Virus record (IMG/VR): IMGVR_UViG_3300032030_004230
DNA length: 64,000 bases
Reading direction: 5' to 3' (one strand)
Source of the DNA: a virus
Taxonomy: Duplodnaviria; Caudoviricetes
Part shown: piece by piece, positions 1 through 10,172 of the stretch
How positions within the stretch are numbered: the stretch's first letter is position 1
Layout: each line of letters begins with the position of its first letter
The notes under the pieces: model-generated
The model's input: the letters and a program-made list of their open reading frames with translations, nothing else
Databases searched by the model: none
What the model was told of the DNA's origin: nothing
Translations under genes and position numbers: made by a program

Positions 1-346
1 TTAAAGCTTTAAGCCCATCAACTCTAAAATGTTCTGCAAGCTTACCAACTATAGCATAGTTATCATAAAGCTCACCCTCATCTTCGAGTCTATCTAGCTC
101 AGCTTCAAAGTTATCTTCAATTTCCTCTTCAGTTCTGCCAAAACAAGAGAAATTGTCATCTACAAGATTTTCTGCTTCTTCATCAGAAACTTCGAAATTG
201 TCTTTGATATGCTCAATTGTCTCGTCTCTACTTGATGTCTTAGCAACATCTCTTGCAGCTCTTAAAGCATCTTCTCTTGTATCTGGTCCCATACCGTATT
301 CCTTTCGGTCTTGACGATATGCAACCGCTTCACTACTTTTATCCAT
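1..346 (-). CDS. Acidic hypothetical protein (runs off the window edge)
   Basis: Not in ORF track. ATG at 346 with GGAGA RBS; frame MDKSSEAVAYRQDRKEYGMG... stays open to position 2; ACTAAAT motif upstream. Confidence 0.75.
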   Translation of the reverse strand, partial: MDKSSEAVAYRQDRKEYGMGPDTREDALRAARDVAKTSSRDETIEHIKDNFEVSDEEAENLVDDNFSCFGRTEEEIEDNFEAELDRLEDEGELYDNYAIVGKLAEHFRVDGLKAL

Positions 347-353
347 AGCAATT

Positions 354-392
354 TCTCCAATCATAAATATTTAGTTTCTCTATGATTGGAGA
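354..392 (-). promoter_or_regulatory. RBS-sequestering hairpin with ACTAAAT promoter-like motif in its loop
   Basis: Perfect 12-bp inverted repeat TCTCCAATCATA (354-365) / TATGATTGGAGA (381-392); the 3' arm on the minus strand contains the GGAGA RBS; loop contains ACTAAAT (369-375). Confidence 0.6.
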
Positions 393-399
393 GCATGCG

Positions 400-1656
400 C
401 TAGAATGTTTTGTTAAAGATCTCTTCAAGACCGTTGGCTGAGTCAAAAACAAATGCCTGAGCTCTTGGTGAGCATTCAAATCCCATTTCTGCAGACCATG
501 CTGAACGACCAGACATAACAGGAAGTCTACGAACTACAAGCGGTCCAACATCAAGAACTTCTTCATGGTGCAAATGTCCAAGGAAGAAAGTCTTGAATTT
601 GCAGCTAGACCAATCTTCTGCTTCATTGCTCATAATACGCTGAACTTCTTTGATTTTTGTCTCATGGCCAAAGCCAAGCAAATTCTGTCCGAATTTAAAA
701 TAAGTTCTTGGGTACTCATCAGATGTAAGGTCAATATCTACAAAAGGCACACCAGAGTACTTGTAGTACAATGCTGCCATCAATGCATGAGAAGACTGCT
801 TATCATGATTTCCCTGTACAGAGAGAACATACACGTTCTTGAATGCTTTTCTAAGGAATTCAATTACTGTCACTGCAAGATGGACACCTGCATCAAAGAC
901 TGTGAAATGTCCAGCTTCATTGTCTTGGCGAGTTCCTTTAGTAGTAGTGCCAAATACATTGTCTGCATTGAAGAAGTCATTGCCAAGAGTAAGAAGAACA
1001 GAATCAGCTCCGCCAGACTTAACTGCTCTTGAAGTTGCGTCAGTCACATAAGCTTTAAGACGCTCTTCAGCAATCTTCATATCATATCTATTGCCTGAAG
1101 TGTTGTAGTCTGAAAGAAGACCATAGTGCAAATCAGCAATCGGAAGGACCAGCAAGCGACCATGATTTTCAATTTTCTCAACCTTAAGGTCCTCTGGCTT
1201 AAAATTGACAGCTTTGTCAATTGTCTTCATAATCTGCTCAGGTGCGTAATCTTTAAGATTTCTCGGTTCAACCCAGATTTTAGAGGCTACAAGAGTGTCT
1301 TTTCCGTTTTCCCAAAGTGAGCTTGTTGATTTTGTCACTTTCCAAAGATTTGTGTCAAAGCCATGTAATTCCAAAAGCTCTTTCTCGTCTGTAGTGTCTT
1401 TTGCAAGAAGTGCTTCAGAAACTGATTTACCAGTCTCAAAGTCGGTCTCACTTTTAAGCTTTTGTGATTCCTTATACAATGTAGGCTCTTCATGATTCTT
1501 CATGTACAAATACTTTTCTTTGTAAGTTTCTCCAGGCAGTTTTTTGAACAATGCAACTTCAGTTGAGTCTTTGTGTCTGTAAAGATATGATCTCAACTTC
1601 TTAGCATCAAATTCGCCTTCTGCATCGAAGAAATTTGTTAATTTTAGTGATGCCAC
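400..1656 (-). CDS. Calcineurin-like metallophosphoesterase
   Basis: Motifs IADLHYG, GNDFFNAD, QGNHD, GHLHH; GTG start with AGGAG RBS. Confidence 0.85.
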   Translation of the reverse strand: MASLKLTNFFDAEGEFDAKKLRSYLYRHKDSTEVALFKKLPGETYKEKYLYMKNHEEPTLYKESQKLKSETDFETGKSVSEALLAKDTTDEKELLELHGFDTNLWKVTKSTSSLWENGKDTLVASKIWVEPRNLKDYAPEQIMKTIDKAVNFKPEDLKVEKIENHGRLLVLPIADLHYGLLSDYNTSGNRYDMKIAEERLKAYVTDATSRAVKSGGADSVLLTLGNDFFNADNVFGTTTKGTRQDNEAGHFTVFDAGVHLAVTVIEFLRKAFKNVYVLSVQGNHDKQSSHALMAALYYKYSGVPFVDIDLTSDEYPRTYFKFGQNLLGFGHETKIKEVQRIMSNEAEDWSSCKFKTFFLGHLHHEEVLDVGPLVVRRLPVMSGRSAWSAEMGFECSPRAQAFVFDSANGLEEIFNKTF

Positions 1657-1720
1657 GAAATTCTCCTATTAAGAAATATTAACATTAGTCATACATTGAG
1701 AAGTCGAAACTAAATTTACA

Positions 1721-2824
1721 ATGATAGCACATTTAGCAAAGAGCTCTCACATTCTCTATGCAAATCTTAGCAGAAGTATAGACAAGTTTATTAAGAAACA
1801 TCAGGAATTGCTAGATATCTCTGGAATAGACATATCATACAATGACAAATACATTGACATACATAATAAAAATTTTCTTAAGAGTGTTCTCGTCTCATAT
1901 AAAGATGGTGCATTTTCTTTAGAGCCTATCAGTCCTCTTGAAGACTTACAGATAGCTCATAATTACATAGAGGTTGGCAGACTTCATAGATTTGGAAAAT
2001 TGCATAATGACAAAATTTGTGAGCAACTCTATAGAAGTCAAAACTTCATAAGAGACTGGAAGCATATCAGAATAGATAGAGAAACATTTGCTCTTGAGAA
2101 AGAAGACTTAGACTTCAGCGAAGCATACTCCGTTAATGTAGAAGACTCTTTTGATTTGATTCTGCAGTGGATTGAGAAATATAAGAGCCTTACAGAAAAA
2201 TATGTGTCTAAACAAATGTTTATTCCTACTTTGACAGGCGGTTTAGACACCAGAGCTCTTACATATTTCTGGAGAGACTTCATTGGAAAGCCAATTACAA
2301 AGTACTTCTTAAAAATAAACAAAACTGCAGATGCAAGAAAATATGCGGAAGATCCTGCTGCATATCTTTCAAAATATGGAGAGACAATTATGAATACAGC
2401 AAAACTTGAATTAGCAAAAGATGCGGTGGAGCATAAATTGTCGAGTCAAGTAGCAAAAAGACTTGGCAATTTAGAAGTACAGGCAAAGCTAGAGAATTTT
2501 CAAACAAGCTTAAGTGGTCTCGGAACTGATTCATCTCAATTCATAGAAAGAATGAACAATAAAGAATGGGTTAGACAAGTTGTTGGAACAAGATGTGCAA
2601 CAGAACGTTTAATCTATCCTTTCTATGATGATTTATTTTTGAGAATAAAATTTCATAGAGTGCATGAGCAAAGAATCCTATTTGCTCTGATGCTATGTCC
2701 CGACTTGCTAGACATTCCACTCGTATCTGACAGGAAGTTTGGCCAATATATGTTTAGTGATCTTGACTTAAACGTAATAAGTTATTGTGAGGAGCTTTTG
2801 AAAAAATGGAACTGGAAAAATTAA
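1721..2824 (+). CDS. PP-loop (asparagine synthase C-terminal-like) protein
   Basis: PTLTGGLDTR resembles the SGGxDS(R) PP-loop; later LSGLG and YPFYD match AsnB-type motifs. Confidence 0.55.
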   Translation: MIAHLAKSSHILYANLSRSIDKFIKKHQELLDISGIDISYNDKYIDIHNKNFLKSVLVSYKDGAFSLEPISPLEDLQIAHNYIEVGRLHRFGKLHNDKICEQLYRSQNFIRDWKHIRIDRETFALEKEDLDFSEAYSVNVEDSFDLILQWIEKYKSLTEKYVSKQMFIPTLTGGLDTRALTYFWRDFIGKPITKYFLKINKTADARKYAEDPAAYLSKYGETIMNTAKLELAKDAVEHKLSSQVAKRLGNLEVQAKLENFQTSLSGLGTDSSQFIERMNNKEWVRQVVGTRCATERLIYPFYDDLFLRIKFHRVHEQRILFALMLCPDLLDIPLVSDRKFGQYMFSDLDLNVISYCEELLKKWNWKN

Positions 2825-3027
2825 GACTAATAGAACTTTTTATCAAAACTTGCTCTATCATAGAAGAAAACAAATCTAAAATCTCTACTATTAAAATTGA
2901 GAAAGAAGCGAATGGTGAATTGTCTCTTTATGTCACTATAAATGATTCTTACAGTAAAGTTATGAAATTGCCAGTAACAAAATCATTTTTAGACAATTTT
3001 AGCTTTAACCTAGAAGATCTTAGCTAA
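2806..3027 (+). CDS. Hypothetical protein (73 aa)
   Basis: GAGGAG upstream; fills the gap between convergent genes. Confidence 0.6.
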   Translation: MELEKLRLIELFIKTCSIIEENKSKISTIKIEKEANGELSLYVTINDSYSKVMKLPVTKSFLDNFSFNLEDLS

Positions 3028-3964
3028 ATACAATTTTGCTTGTATGATTGCAAAAATTGCATCTATGCGTACAAGTTATTGGAATTCGCATAAGAGCCTT
3101 TAATGCTTCATCTGTAATAGTCTCTGCTGGTAGTCTGATACATGAAACATCGCATGCAGAAGAAATCATTCCGTCAGGTGTTACTCTAAGTTTAGACTCA
3201 TGTGCAAAACACTTTGCTCCGATAGTATTGATGCTTTGTATTGCTTCATATCTAGATATTTTTTGTTTGCTTCCATCTTTCAGAGTGACAATGAAGCACT
3301 TCTTTCTTTTCAATTCATTCTCTACTTCATCTGATGAAACTTCTTTAGCAGCTAATGTGTTGTCTTCATATCTCTCAGCTATCAATCCATGGTTAAGTTT
3401 TTCTCGCAGGCAATCATGAAGCCAGCTTCCAACTTGCTTTGAGTTCTCTCTTGTTTTCATTAGAATCACTTTTACAGAGCTTTTGTCTTCTACAATTTCT
3501 GAAAGCTTGCAAGCTTTTTCAAAGAATTCAGACCACTTTGCTTGAGAAGGGTGAAAGCTGCATGAAAGTCTAATATTGTTATAAGAACTCAAAAGTTCAG
3601 CATAGTAGTCGTATGATTGTGAGAAGTTTGTCACAATTCTTATATTGTCAAAGATGCTTGTATCCATCTTGTCAAAAAGCATCTTCTTTAATGGGAAGAT
3701 TGTCACCTCTCCGCCTATTAATGAAAAATCGTAGTTAATAGTTGGATTGATTAGCGATTTTATTCTTTTAGAAAGACCGCAAACAACTTCAGCATAATGT
3801 TCTATTAAGCTAATATCTATTTTGTCTAGCTTTCTTTTATGTCCTTGAATACAGTAAGGACATCTATAATTGCATGCATAAGAGGGCAGCCACTGCAAGT
3901 CAAAAGTGGGCTTTCTTTTATCTGAGAAAGCTGTCTCTAGCATCTTTATATCATTAGCACTCAC
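3020..3964 (-). CDS. Radical SAM protein with C-terminal twitch/SPASM-like Cys cluster
   Basis: CNYRCPYC, IGGE, VTN, SFH; C-terminal C..VTPDG..C..CTHRCNFC. Confidence 0.9.
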   Translation of the reverse strand: MSANDIKMLETAFSDKRKPTFDLQWLPSYACNYRCPYCIQGHKRKLDKIDISLIEHYAEVVCGLSKRIKSLINPTINYDFSLIGGEVTIFPLKKMLFDKMDTSIFDNIRIVTNFSQSYDYYAELLSSYNNIRLSCSFHPSQAKWSEFFEKACKLSEIVEDKSSVKVILMKTRENSKQVGSWLHDCLREKLNHGLIAERYEDNTLAAKEVSSDEVENELKRKKCFIVTLKDGSKQKISRYEAIQSINTIGAKCFAHESKLRVTPDGMISSACDVSCIRLPAETITDEALKALMRIPITCTHRCNFCNHTSKIVFS

Positions 3965-4814
3965 CTTTCACAATCTCCACTTTTCTTAAACCACATCCAC
4001 CACATTTGTAAGAGCCACTACAAACATGCGTCATCCCTGTCCACTTAAACAAGTCTTTCCCAAGCTCTCCAAGAAATACATTGCAGTTTTTGCAAGTACC
4101 AAGCCACATTTCATTATTTGGATATATCTTAATAGAGGAAAGATGACAAATTGCGTTTGTAGTGTCCACGCTTCTCAAAAAGTATTTGTCTTGCAAATCT
4201 TTTACACTGTCAACTTTAAGATTTTTAACGCAAAATTTTCTATATTTTTGGATTATCTGATCACTTACAACAAGATTCTTCTTTTCATCAAACTCAAATG
4301 ACACTCTCACATCGTCTTTCATCACAGTCTTCAAAATTTTGAATGTGTTCTCATTATCATTTGTCATTACAAAATTGCATAATATCTCACAACCTTTAGA
4401 TTTTAGATCGATGTATTTCTTTAAAAAATCTTCAATAGAGCAGAAGTTCTCGTGGAATGATGCACTTATGACTATTGGGTACTTTGAACGTAGGTACGTA
4501 TAGAATTCTGCAGTGTTAGAGAGATTTGTGTTAATTCTGAACTTAGCAATGTTTTTTGCATTTACAACATTAAGCACTTTATCTAAATCAAGCAAAGATG
4601 GTTCTCCACCAATTATTTGCACTACGTACTTTGTGTCACTGTTGTATTCTATGAAATTGTGCAGACTTTTTGCATTACTTAGAATCTTCTCCATAGAAGG
4701 ATATGCATCCTGCCTTGGGCTGTGCTTTACAAAACAATAGCTATAATTGTAGTTGCAGATGTCTGATAGTTCCCATTGAATAGTAAGAGATTTGATAGGC
4801 TTTTCTATGATCAT
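3954..4814 (-). CDS. Radical SAM-fold protein with broken cluster motif
   Basis: CNYNYSYC (second Cys is Tyr), IGGEP, NTN, SFH, Cys-rich C-terminus. Confidence 0.8.
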   Translation of the reverse strand: MIIEKPIKSLTIQWELSDICNYNYSYCFVKHSPRQDAYPSMEKILSNAKSLHNFIEYNSDTKYVVQIIGGEPSLLDLDKVLNVVNAKNIAKFRINTNLSNTAEFYTYLRSKYPIVISASFHENFCSIEDFLKKYIDLKSKGCEILCNFVMTNDNENTFKILKTVMKDDVRVSFEFDEKKNLVVSDQIIQKYRKFCVKNLKVDSVKDLQDKYFLRSVDTTNAICHLSSIKIYPNNEMWLGTCKNCNVFLGELGKDLFKWTGMTHVCSGSYKCGGCGLRKVEIVKGEC

Positions 4815-4840
4815 AAAGTCTTCCTCAATTCAATCAAATC

Positions 4841-5782
4841 TTAGCTAAATTTCACTCTTTTAGCATTTATTGGGAACGAATTGCAGAATAACTCTGCTTC
4901 ACATCTATGCTTTGTTGGCTTTATTACAATTTCATCTGTGTATAAGTTTCCCAAAATATATTTAGACAAATAGTTGCACAAGCCTTCTCGTACAATACCC
5001 TCTGGTCTTATTTGCACTGTATGACACTCACATTCAAAATCATGCATGTCAATTGAGCCAAACTCTGACTGTAGCTTAGAATAACTGTACTTATAGAAAT
5101 TTCCATCTTTTGTGATGAACTTCACATTGTTGTTTTTCATATTATTGGCTAAGTAGTCTAGAATCTTTCTCTCTTTTTCTTTGTCTTTCAGCTCAACTGG
5201 TGTTTTATTTTTATCGTACTCAATTCTAAATTTTATTGGAACATCTTTTATGTTGTTAATGAGTTCGCAACACATATCTATATTATTATTGTTCACAACA
5301 ACTCCGATGGTCATAAAGTTGTCAAAGCCCACTTTTCTTACTTTATTGAAAAACTCATTATAGTCTGGAACTGCTTCTTCGTGGTAACTTGCATATAGCT
5401 TTAGAGGAATCGACTTTTGCCTACAGAAGTCCTTTAGCTGAATATAGTATTCTGCGTCTCTGAAAAAATTAGACGTCACCATAAATGAAGAGATAAACTC
5501 ACTTGTAAGATTCTTCATTAGAGGGAGCAAATCATATATGCAAGGCTCTCCTCCGATAAACTTCATGTCCACAGGAATCTTACTACGTAGAATCATCTCA
5601 TTTATCTTTAATGAAAGCTTCTCCACTTCTTCTTGCGAAAGAAAAGAACTCTCTCTTGCATTCATAAGTTTATTGCTGCAAAAAGGACAATCATAATTGC
5701 AAAATTTTGTGATCTTCCACTCAGCAATCATAGAATTGCTATTTTTTCTATCTACAAATTCGACGACATCATTTATATTCAT
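4841..5782 (-). CDS. Radical SAM protein with twitch-like domain
   Basis: CNYDCPFC, IGGEP, TSN, SYH, C-terminal Cys residues. Confidence 0.9.
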   Translation of the reverse strand: MNINDVVEFVDRKNSNSMIAEWKITKFCNYDCPFCSNKLMNARESSFLSQEEVEKLSLKINEMILRSKIPVDMKFIGGEPCIYDLLPLMKNLTSEFISSFMVTSNFFRDAEYYIQLKDFCRQKSIPLKLYASYHEEAVPDYNEFFNKVRKVGFDNFMTIGVVVNNNNIDMCCELINNIKDVPIKFRIEYDKNKTPVELKDKEKERKILDYLANNMKNNNVKFITKDGNFYKYSYSKLQSEFGSIDMHDFECECHTVQIRPEGIVREGLCNYLSKYILGNLYTDEIVIKPTKHRCEAELFCNSFPINAKRVKFS

Positions 5783-6773
5783 TTTTCACTACCACTCTAT
5801 TTATCTTTATATTTGTCGGCAATTGATCGCACCTATTTTCATAAAGCTCCTTAAACTTTTCAAGACGCATAATCTCATGTCTTTCCATGTGATCAATCCA
5901 TTCTTCAATATTCTTGAAGTGCACTTTATTAATGTATTTGTTTCTGATTCTAAGAAGTTCTTGTTGCTTTTCTAAAGAGACTTCTGACAGCCACTTTTTG
6001 TTTAAGTAGAGCTCTTTCCCTTGAAGCATTGCTTGATGTCTTCGTTTTTGACATAATTCTAGATTAAGAGAGTCTTCTAGAAAATGCATTGTCATCTCTA
6101 CTCCTGAGTCTCTAGCAGGCGCAAAAGCCCAAGAGTATCTATTATTTTCAATCCATGCAATTGCAACAACATTGAAGCCATTCTCTATTTGTCTAATACA
6201 CTCTCTAATCAAGTTACCGCATTTGTTATGTCTACTGTTGTAATAGCTGTAGTCTGATACATTGCTACTATTGAACAGGATTATTACACTATTTCCAAGT
6301 TCAGATTTTAGTTTTTCTGCATAAGTATGGCAACCTGCGCCTTTACAACCGATGATTAGGTGATATGAGCCTGCTGGCTTGTAGCTGTACCACTTATCAA
6401 AGATGGGCTTAATCATGTCTGGAATAAAGTCTTTAAAGTAGTCTAGTTTCTCAATGTCAAATCTAAAATCATTCAAATGAAAAATGTTTTCTTTATTATT
6501 TGACAACACAATAAGTTCTGTGACATATTTGTAAACAATGTTTTTAAAGCAACAGCAGGTCTCCTCTGCAAATTCTTCAATTTGGGACTCCTCTATAATA
6601 ACAACAGCTTCTCTTACAGAGTTGTCGTAGTCTCTCAAGACATTGTAGCATTGTGACATATTTAAGAAGTATACTGCGTTATCTTGCACTGAGTCTATGT
6701 CAAAATCCTCTAGAGTTTTAGCTTCAAAGTCTTTGTATAGATTTGTTTTCTTCTCTGTAAACGAAAATATCAT
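5769..6773 (-). CDS. Hypothetical protein with degenerate P-loop kinase-like domain
   Basis: LIIGCKGAGCHTYAEKL resembles Walker A GxxGxGK[ST]T with Lys replaced; LELCQKR resembles a kinase lid. Confidence 0.5.
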   Translation of the reverse strand: MIFSFTEKKTNLYKDFEAKTLEDFDIDSVQDNAVYFLNMSQCYNVLRDYDNSVREAVVIIEESQIEEFAEETCCCFKNIVYKYVTELIVLSNNKENIFHLNDFRFDIEKLDYFKDFIPDMIKPIFDKWYSYKPAGSYHLIIGCKGAGCHTYAEKLKSELGNSVIILFNSSNVSDYSYYNSRHNKCGNLIRECIRQIENGFNVVAIAWIENNRYSWAFAPARDSGVEMTMHFLEDSLNLELCQKRRHQAMLQGKELYLNKKWLSEVSLEKQQELLRIRNKYINKVHFKNIEEWIDHMERHEIMRLEKFKELYENRCDQLPTNIKINRVVVKNEYK

Positions 6774-7336
6774 TCTTCAGCAACCTTCTTAAAAGTATCA
6801 AACATGTCTTCAAATAAGAAATTGTCTTTCAAGTATTCTAGGATTTTCTCATCATTTTTGACAATTCCATGACCTCTAAGCTTTATGATAGACTTGAACA
6901 AATCTTCATTATCAAAGTCATTTTGCCATTTATTTAAGATTAACTGAAATAAGTATCTGTACAGAAAATCTTTATAGTTGAATCTGATATCTGAATGTCC
7001 ACGCTTCTTAGCAACTCTTAGAGTCTCTTTCATTAGAGCATAATTCTCAATAAGAGGAAACTTGACAATAGAACTTTTCTTTTCAAGCAATAGACTAAAC
7101 AGCCCAACTACTTCATTAGACTCATTGATGTCTTCTGTAGAACACAAATATGGGAAGTGTCTTATATTCAACAAGAAATCATTTTCTGGCGAGGCTTTTA
7201 TAAATTGATAGCAATACTTAAAATAGTTTCTCTTATCAACTTTATTGTCTTCTACATGCAAGGCTGTCTCATTAAAAGACTTATTAAGATTCATTGCATT
7301 TACTCTAACAAGTTCAAACAATTTAAGATAAATCAT
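6770..7336 (-). CDS. Hypothetical protein inside the radical SAM operon
   Basis: 188-aa ORF tightly packed with both neighbours. Confidence 0.7.
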   Translation of the reverse strand: MIYLKLFELVRVNAMNLNKSFNETALHVEDNKVDKRNYFKYCYQFIKASPENDFLLNIRHFPYLCSTEDINESNEVVGLFSLLLEKKSSIVKFPLIENYALMKETLRVAKKRGHSDIRFNYKDFLYRYLFQLILNKWQNDFDNEDLFKSIIKLRGHGIVKNDEKILEYLKDNFLFEDMFDTFKKVAEE

Positions 7337-7342
7337 TCTCTT

Positions 7343-8323
7343 TTACCACCATTTTTCAGCATCTTTGCTTTCAGAAATAGAAAGGTCCTCAACTGTTTCC
7401 TCTACTTTAGACACACTTCTTACAAGTTCCAATCTGCACTTATCACCACTCTCACAGACAATTGGCTTTGTGCTAAGACTAAAATGATAGTCCTCATAAA
7501 TATTTCCAAGAGGCCTGTTGAGCCAAGCTCTGCATTGACCGTGAGCTACAAGACCATCAGGATTTATGTTTATCCCGCTTGAAGTGCAGTACATATCTTT
7601 CAAGACTTCATCTGCATAAGTCATTCTAAATCCGTGTATGTCGGTCTTTCGTATAAGACCTGAGTCTTCTTTTATTTCTATATGAAGTCTTCTTTCATCA
7701 TCTTGATTATTCAATCGTCTTAATAGACTTAAAGAATCTCTATACTTTTTATTTTTGACTAAAATAGCTTTATGAGTCTTATAGTCAAAGCAATTTAATA
7801 TTGTAGTGTGCTTGAAGTTTTTCGATAATTTTATAAGATTGCTTATATTGTCTTCTGTTAAGACAGAATTGACGGATCTTAAGTCTTTTATCTTCTTTGC
7901 TTTCTCTATAAAAGAGTCGATGTCTACTTGAGAATTATGAAATGAAGCTTTAAGCTTTAATTTAGGACCAAGAAATGCGCATAAGTCATTATAGTATTCT
8001 GCAGTGTTTGAGAGATTTGTCGTTAATGTCACTTTCCCTACTAGCTGATTGTCTATCAAAGGCTTAAGTATTCTTTTGCAATCAAAAAGAGTCATTTCTC
8101 CGCCAAGTACAATGAACTCTACATTTTTCACATTTATGAAATAAATCATTTTGCTTATTTGATTCGCAGCAAATTCAAGTCTTTCTTGCGTAGGATGACT
8201 CTCTGACTTCTGTCTTAATTCTCTTTGATAGCAGTACTCACATTTGTAATTACAGTCAAGAGTTGCAGTCCACTTAATTTTGTAGGCAAATTTACTGTCC
8301 TGATAGATATGCTGTATGCTCAT
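7343..8323 (-). CDS. Radical SAM protein with twitch-like domain
   Basis: CNYKCEYC, LGGE, TTN, SFH, YC..INPDG..C; start placed at ATGA overlap (8323). Confidence 0.9.
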   Translation of the reverse strand: MSIQHIYQDSKFAYKIKWTATLDCNYKCEYCYQRELRQKSESHPTQERLEFAANQISKMIYFINVKNVEFIVLGGEMTLFDCKRILKPLIDNQLVGKVTLTTNLSNTAEYYNDLCAFLGPKLKLKASFHNSQVDIDSFIEKAKKIKDLRSVNSVLTEDNISNLIKLSKNFKHTTILNCFDYKTHKAILVKNKKYRDSLSLLRRLNNQDDERRLHIEIKEDSGLIRKTDIHGFRMTYADEVLKDMYCTSSGININPDGLVAHGQCRAWLNRPLGNIYEDYHFSLSTKPIVCESGDKCRLELVRSVSKVEETVEDLSISESKDAEKWW

Positions 8324-9123
8324 TCTATTCTCTGAATATGACACATAGGACATCTGCTTTTAGAGCATGTCACCAAGTGTTCTTTTAGTATTTCTTCAGT
8401 ATTGTATAATAAGTCAATATGCCCAAACTGCACAAGCTTACAGTTATTTGCAAACAATCGTCCATCACTTTTTATTAAAAGACCATGTTGATAACAAGTT
8501 TTTCCTTGCATATTTTGCTGCTGATTTCTATATCTATTAAGCTCTTCTTCTGAAAAATCGAAATTAATGCTGCTAATGCTCTCATTCTTGTTTGGGTCAA
8601 ATCGTAGTTTTAAGTCTTTGTGTCTTTTTCTAAGTTCTTTCATATAATCAACATTTTTAGAAGTAACGACACACTCAATGAATGAATTTTCTAGAGACTT
8701 CTCTAAGCTTTCATACTTCTTAAAAAACATAGCTTCTTCTGCGAATTCTTCATGAAAGGATGCACAGAATAACAATTCAATTTTGCGATCTTCACACCAT
8801 TTGATAAGCTCTTTATAGTATGGTTCAGTATTGCTAAAATTTGTGTAAAACTCAAGAGACTTAAGATTGTCTACATATAAAGCATTCAAAATCTCTATTA
8901 GACTTTTAATGATAGAAAGTTCTCCGCCTGCTAGAACAAGCTTAATCGGCTTTTTCACTTTAAGAAGGATCTCTTTCAATTTTTTAGCTCTAGAAATAGC
9001 AGTATCTTCAGAGAAAACTTTACGCTTATCTGACTCTACTTGAGTGCAATAACTGCATCTAAAATTGCATTGTGTCGTTATCTGCCATTTGACAAGAAAA
9101 TAGCTAAAATTATCTGTAAGCAT
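8320..9123 (-). CDS. Radical SAM protein with twitch-like domain
   Basis: CNFRCSYC, AGGE, YTN, SFH, C..IKSDG..C..CSKSRCPMC; start placed at MLTDNF. Confidence 0.9.
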   Translation of the reverse strand: MLTDNFSYFLVKWQITTQCNFRCSYCTQVESDKRKVFSEDTAISRAKKLKEILLKVKKPIKLVLAGGELSIIKSLIEILNALYVDNLKSLEFYTNFSNTEPYYKELIKWCEDRKIELLFCASFHEEFAEEAMFFKKYESLEKSLENSFIECVVTSKNVDYMKELRKRHKDLKLRFDPNKNESISSINFDFSEEELNRYRNQQQNMQGKTCYQHGLLIKSDGRLFANNCKLVQFGHIDLLYNTEEILKEHLVTCSKSRCPMCHIQRIE

Positions 9124-10171
9124 TTTGTACAAGAGTCTCCTTGTGCACAAGAATTTTCTTTAAGTCTTCTTTGTCTCTGCACATGCTAGTGTTTCCAAAA
9201 GCTGTGCAGAATTTATGCTTTAGCTTTCCAGTGTTCTGCCAATCTATTGTGGTATGACATTGAATCGGCTCAGTCGGCATCGTGTATTCATTAGTCAAAA
9301 GACTTCCTATTCTATTTTCAGGCTTTCCGCACCATTGACAGCCCGCTAGTCTTAAAGAGCCATCTGCTTCAATTCTCAATCCGTCTAATCCTGCAGAACA
9401 ATAAAATCCCTCTGGGTCTAGCCCGCCGTCTTTGACACTATTTATAAGCTCTATATTTGAGCTAAACTCCAAGACTGAACCGTCTTTCATTGTGACAAAA
9501 AAGTAGGGCTTTACTGATTTTTTCATTTGAGAATTCAAAAAATCAACAATTTTCATAGTCTTTTCTGAGATGCTTGAATTCTCATTATCTGCAATTCTCT
9601 CTACAGTTGGCTGAATCACTACATTTGGATATTTCTTTGTTAGCTCTAAGTATTTCAGAATGTTCTCATCATTTACTACGCACTTAGCTCTAGACCTTCT
9701 GTTATTCCCTTGATTTATACGGGAAAGCTTTTGCATAAACTCATCAGGGTCACAAAACTCTAAATGCATAGATGCTGTGATAGTGAATTCACAGCCTCGA
9801 TTCTCACAGTAATCTCTTAATCTTAGCCAATAGTCTAGTGAAGATGAAAGATTTGTAACAATAAGAACTTTCTTCAATTGTTTAGACTCTATTTGTTCTA
9901 AGACTTCTATCAAATTGAAGTAACCAACTTCTCCGCCAATAAGATGAAGCATAAAAGGCTTTTCTGGAAAGTATGTCTTTGCTAGATTGTCAATGTTTTT
10001 TGCAATTGTCAACAAATTCTCTTTTGGTGTATTCTCTACAGCATTCTTTACATTATTTGCCATGTAGCAATATGAGCATCTGTAATTGCACCAATTTGTC
10101 ATCTTCCAAGAGAACTTAAAAAGAACACTGTTTCTTTCTATAGAAACAATATCTTTCATATCAATCATCAA
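9110..10171 (-). CDS. Radical SAM protein with twitch-like domain
   Basis: CNYRCSYC, IGGE, VTN, SMH, YCSAG..IEADG..C. Confidence 0.9.
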   Translation of the reverse strand: MMIDMKDIVSIERNSVLFKFSWKMTNWCNYRCSYCYMANNVKNAVENTPKENLLTIAKNIDNLAKTYFPEKPFMLHLIGGEVGYFNLIEVLEQIESKQLKKVLIVTNLSSSLDYWLRLRDYCENRGCEFTITASMHLEFCDPDEFMQKLSRINQGNNRRSRAKCVVNDENILKYLELTKKYPNVVIQPTVERIADNENSSISEKTMKIVDFLNSQMKKSVKPYFFVTMKDGSVLEFSSNIELINSVKDGGLDPEGFYCSAGLDGLRIEADGSLRLAGCQWCGKPENRIGSLLTNEYTMPTEPIQCHTTIDWQNTGKLKHKFCTAFGNTSMCRDKEDLKKILVHKETLVQNAYR

Positions 10172-10172
10172 T

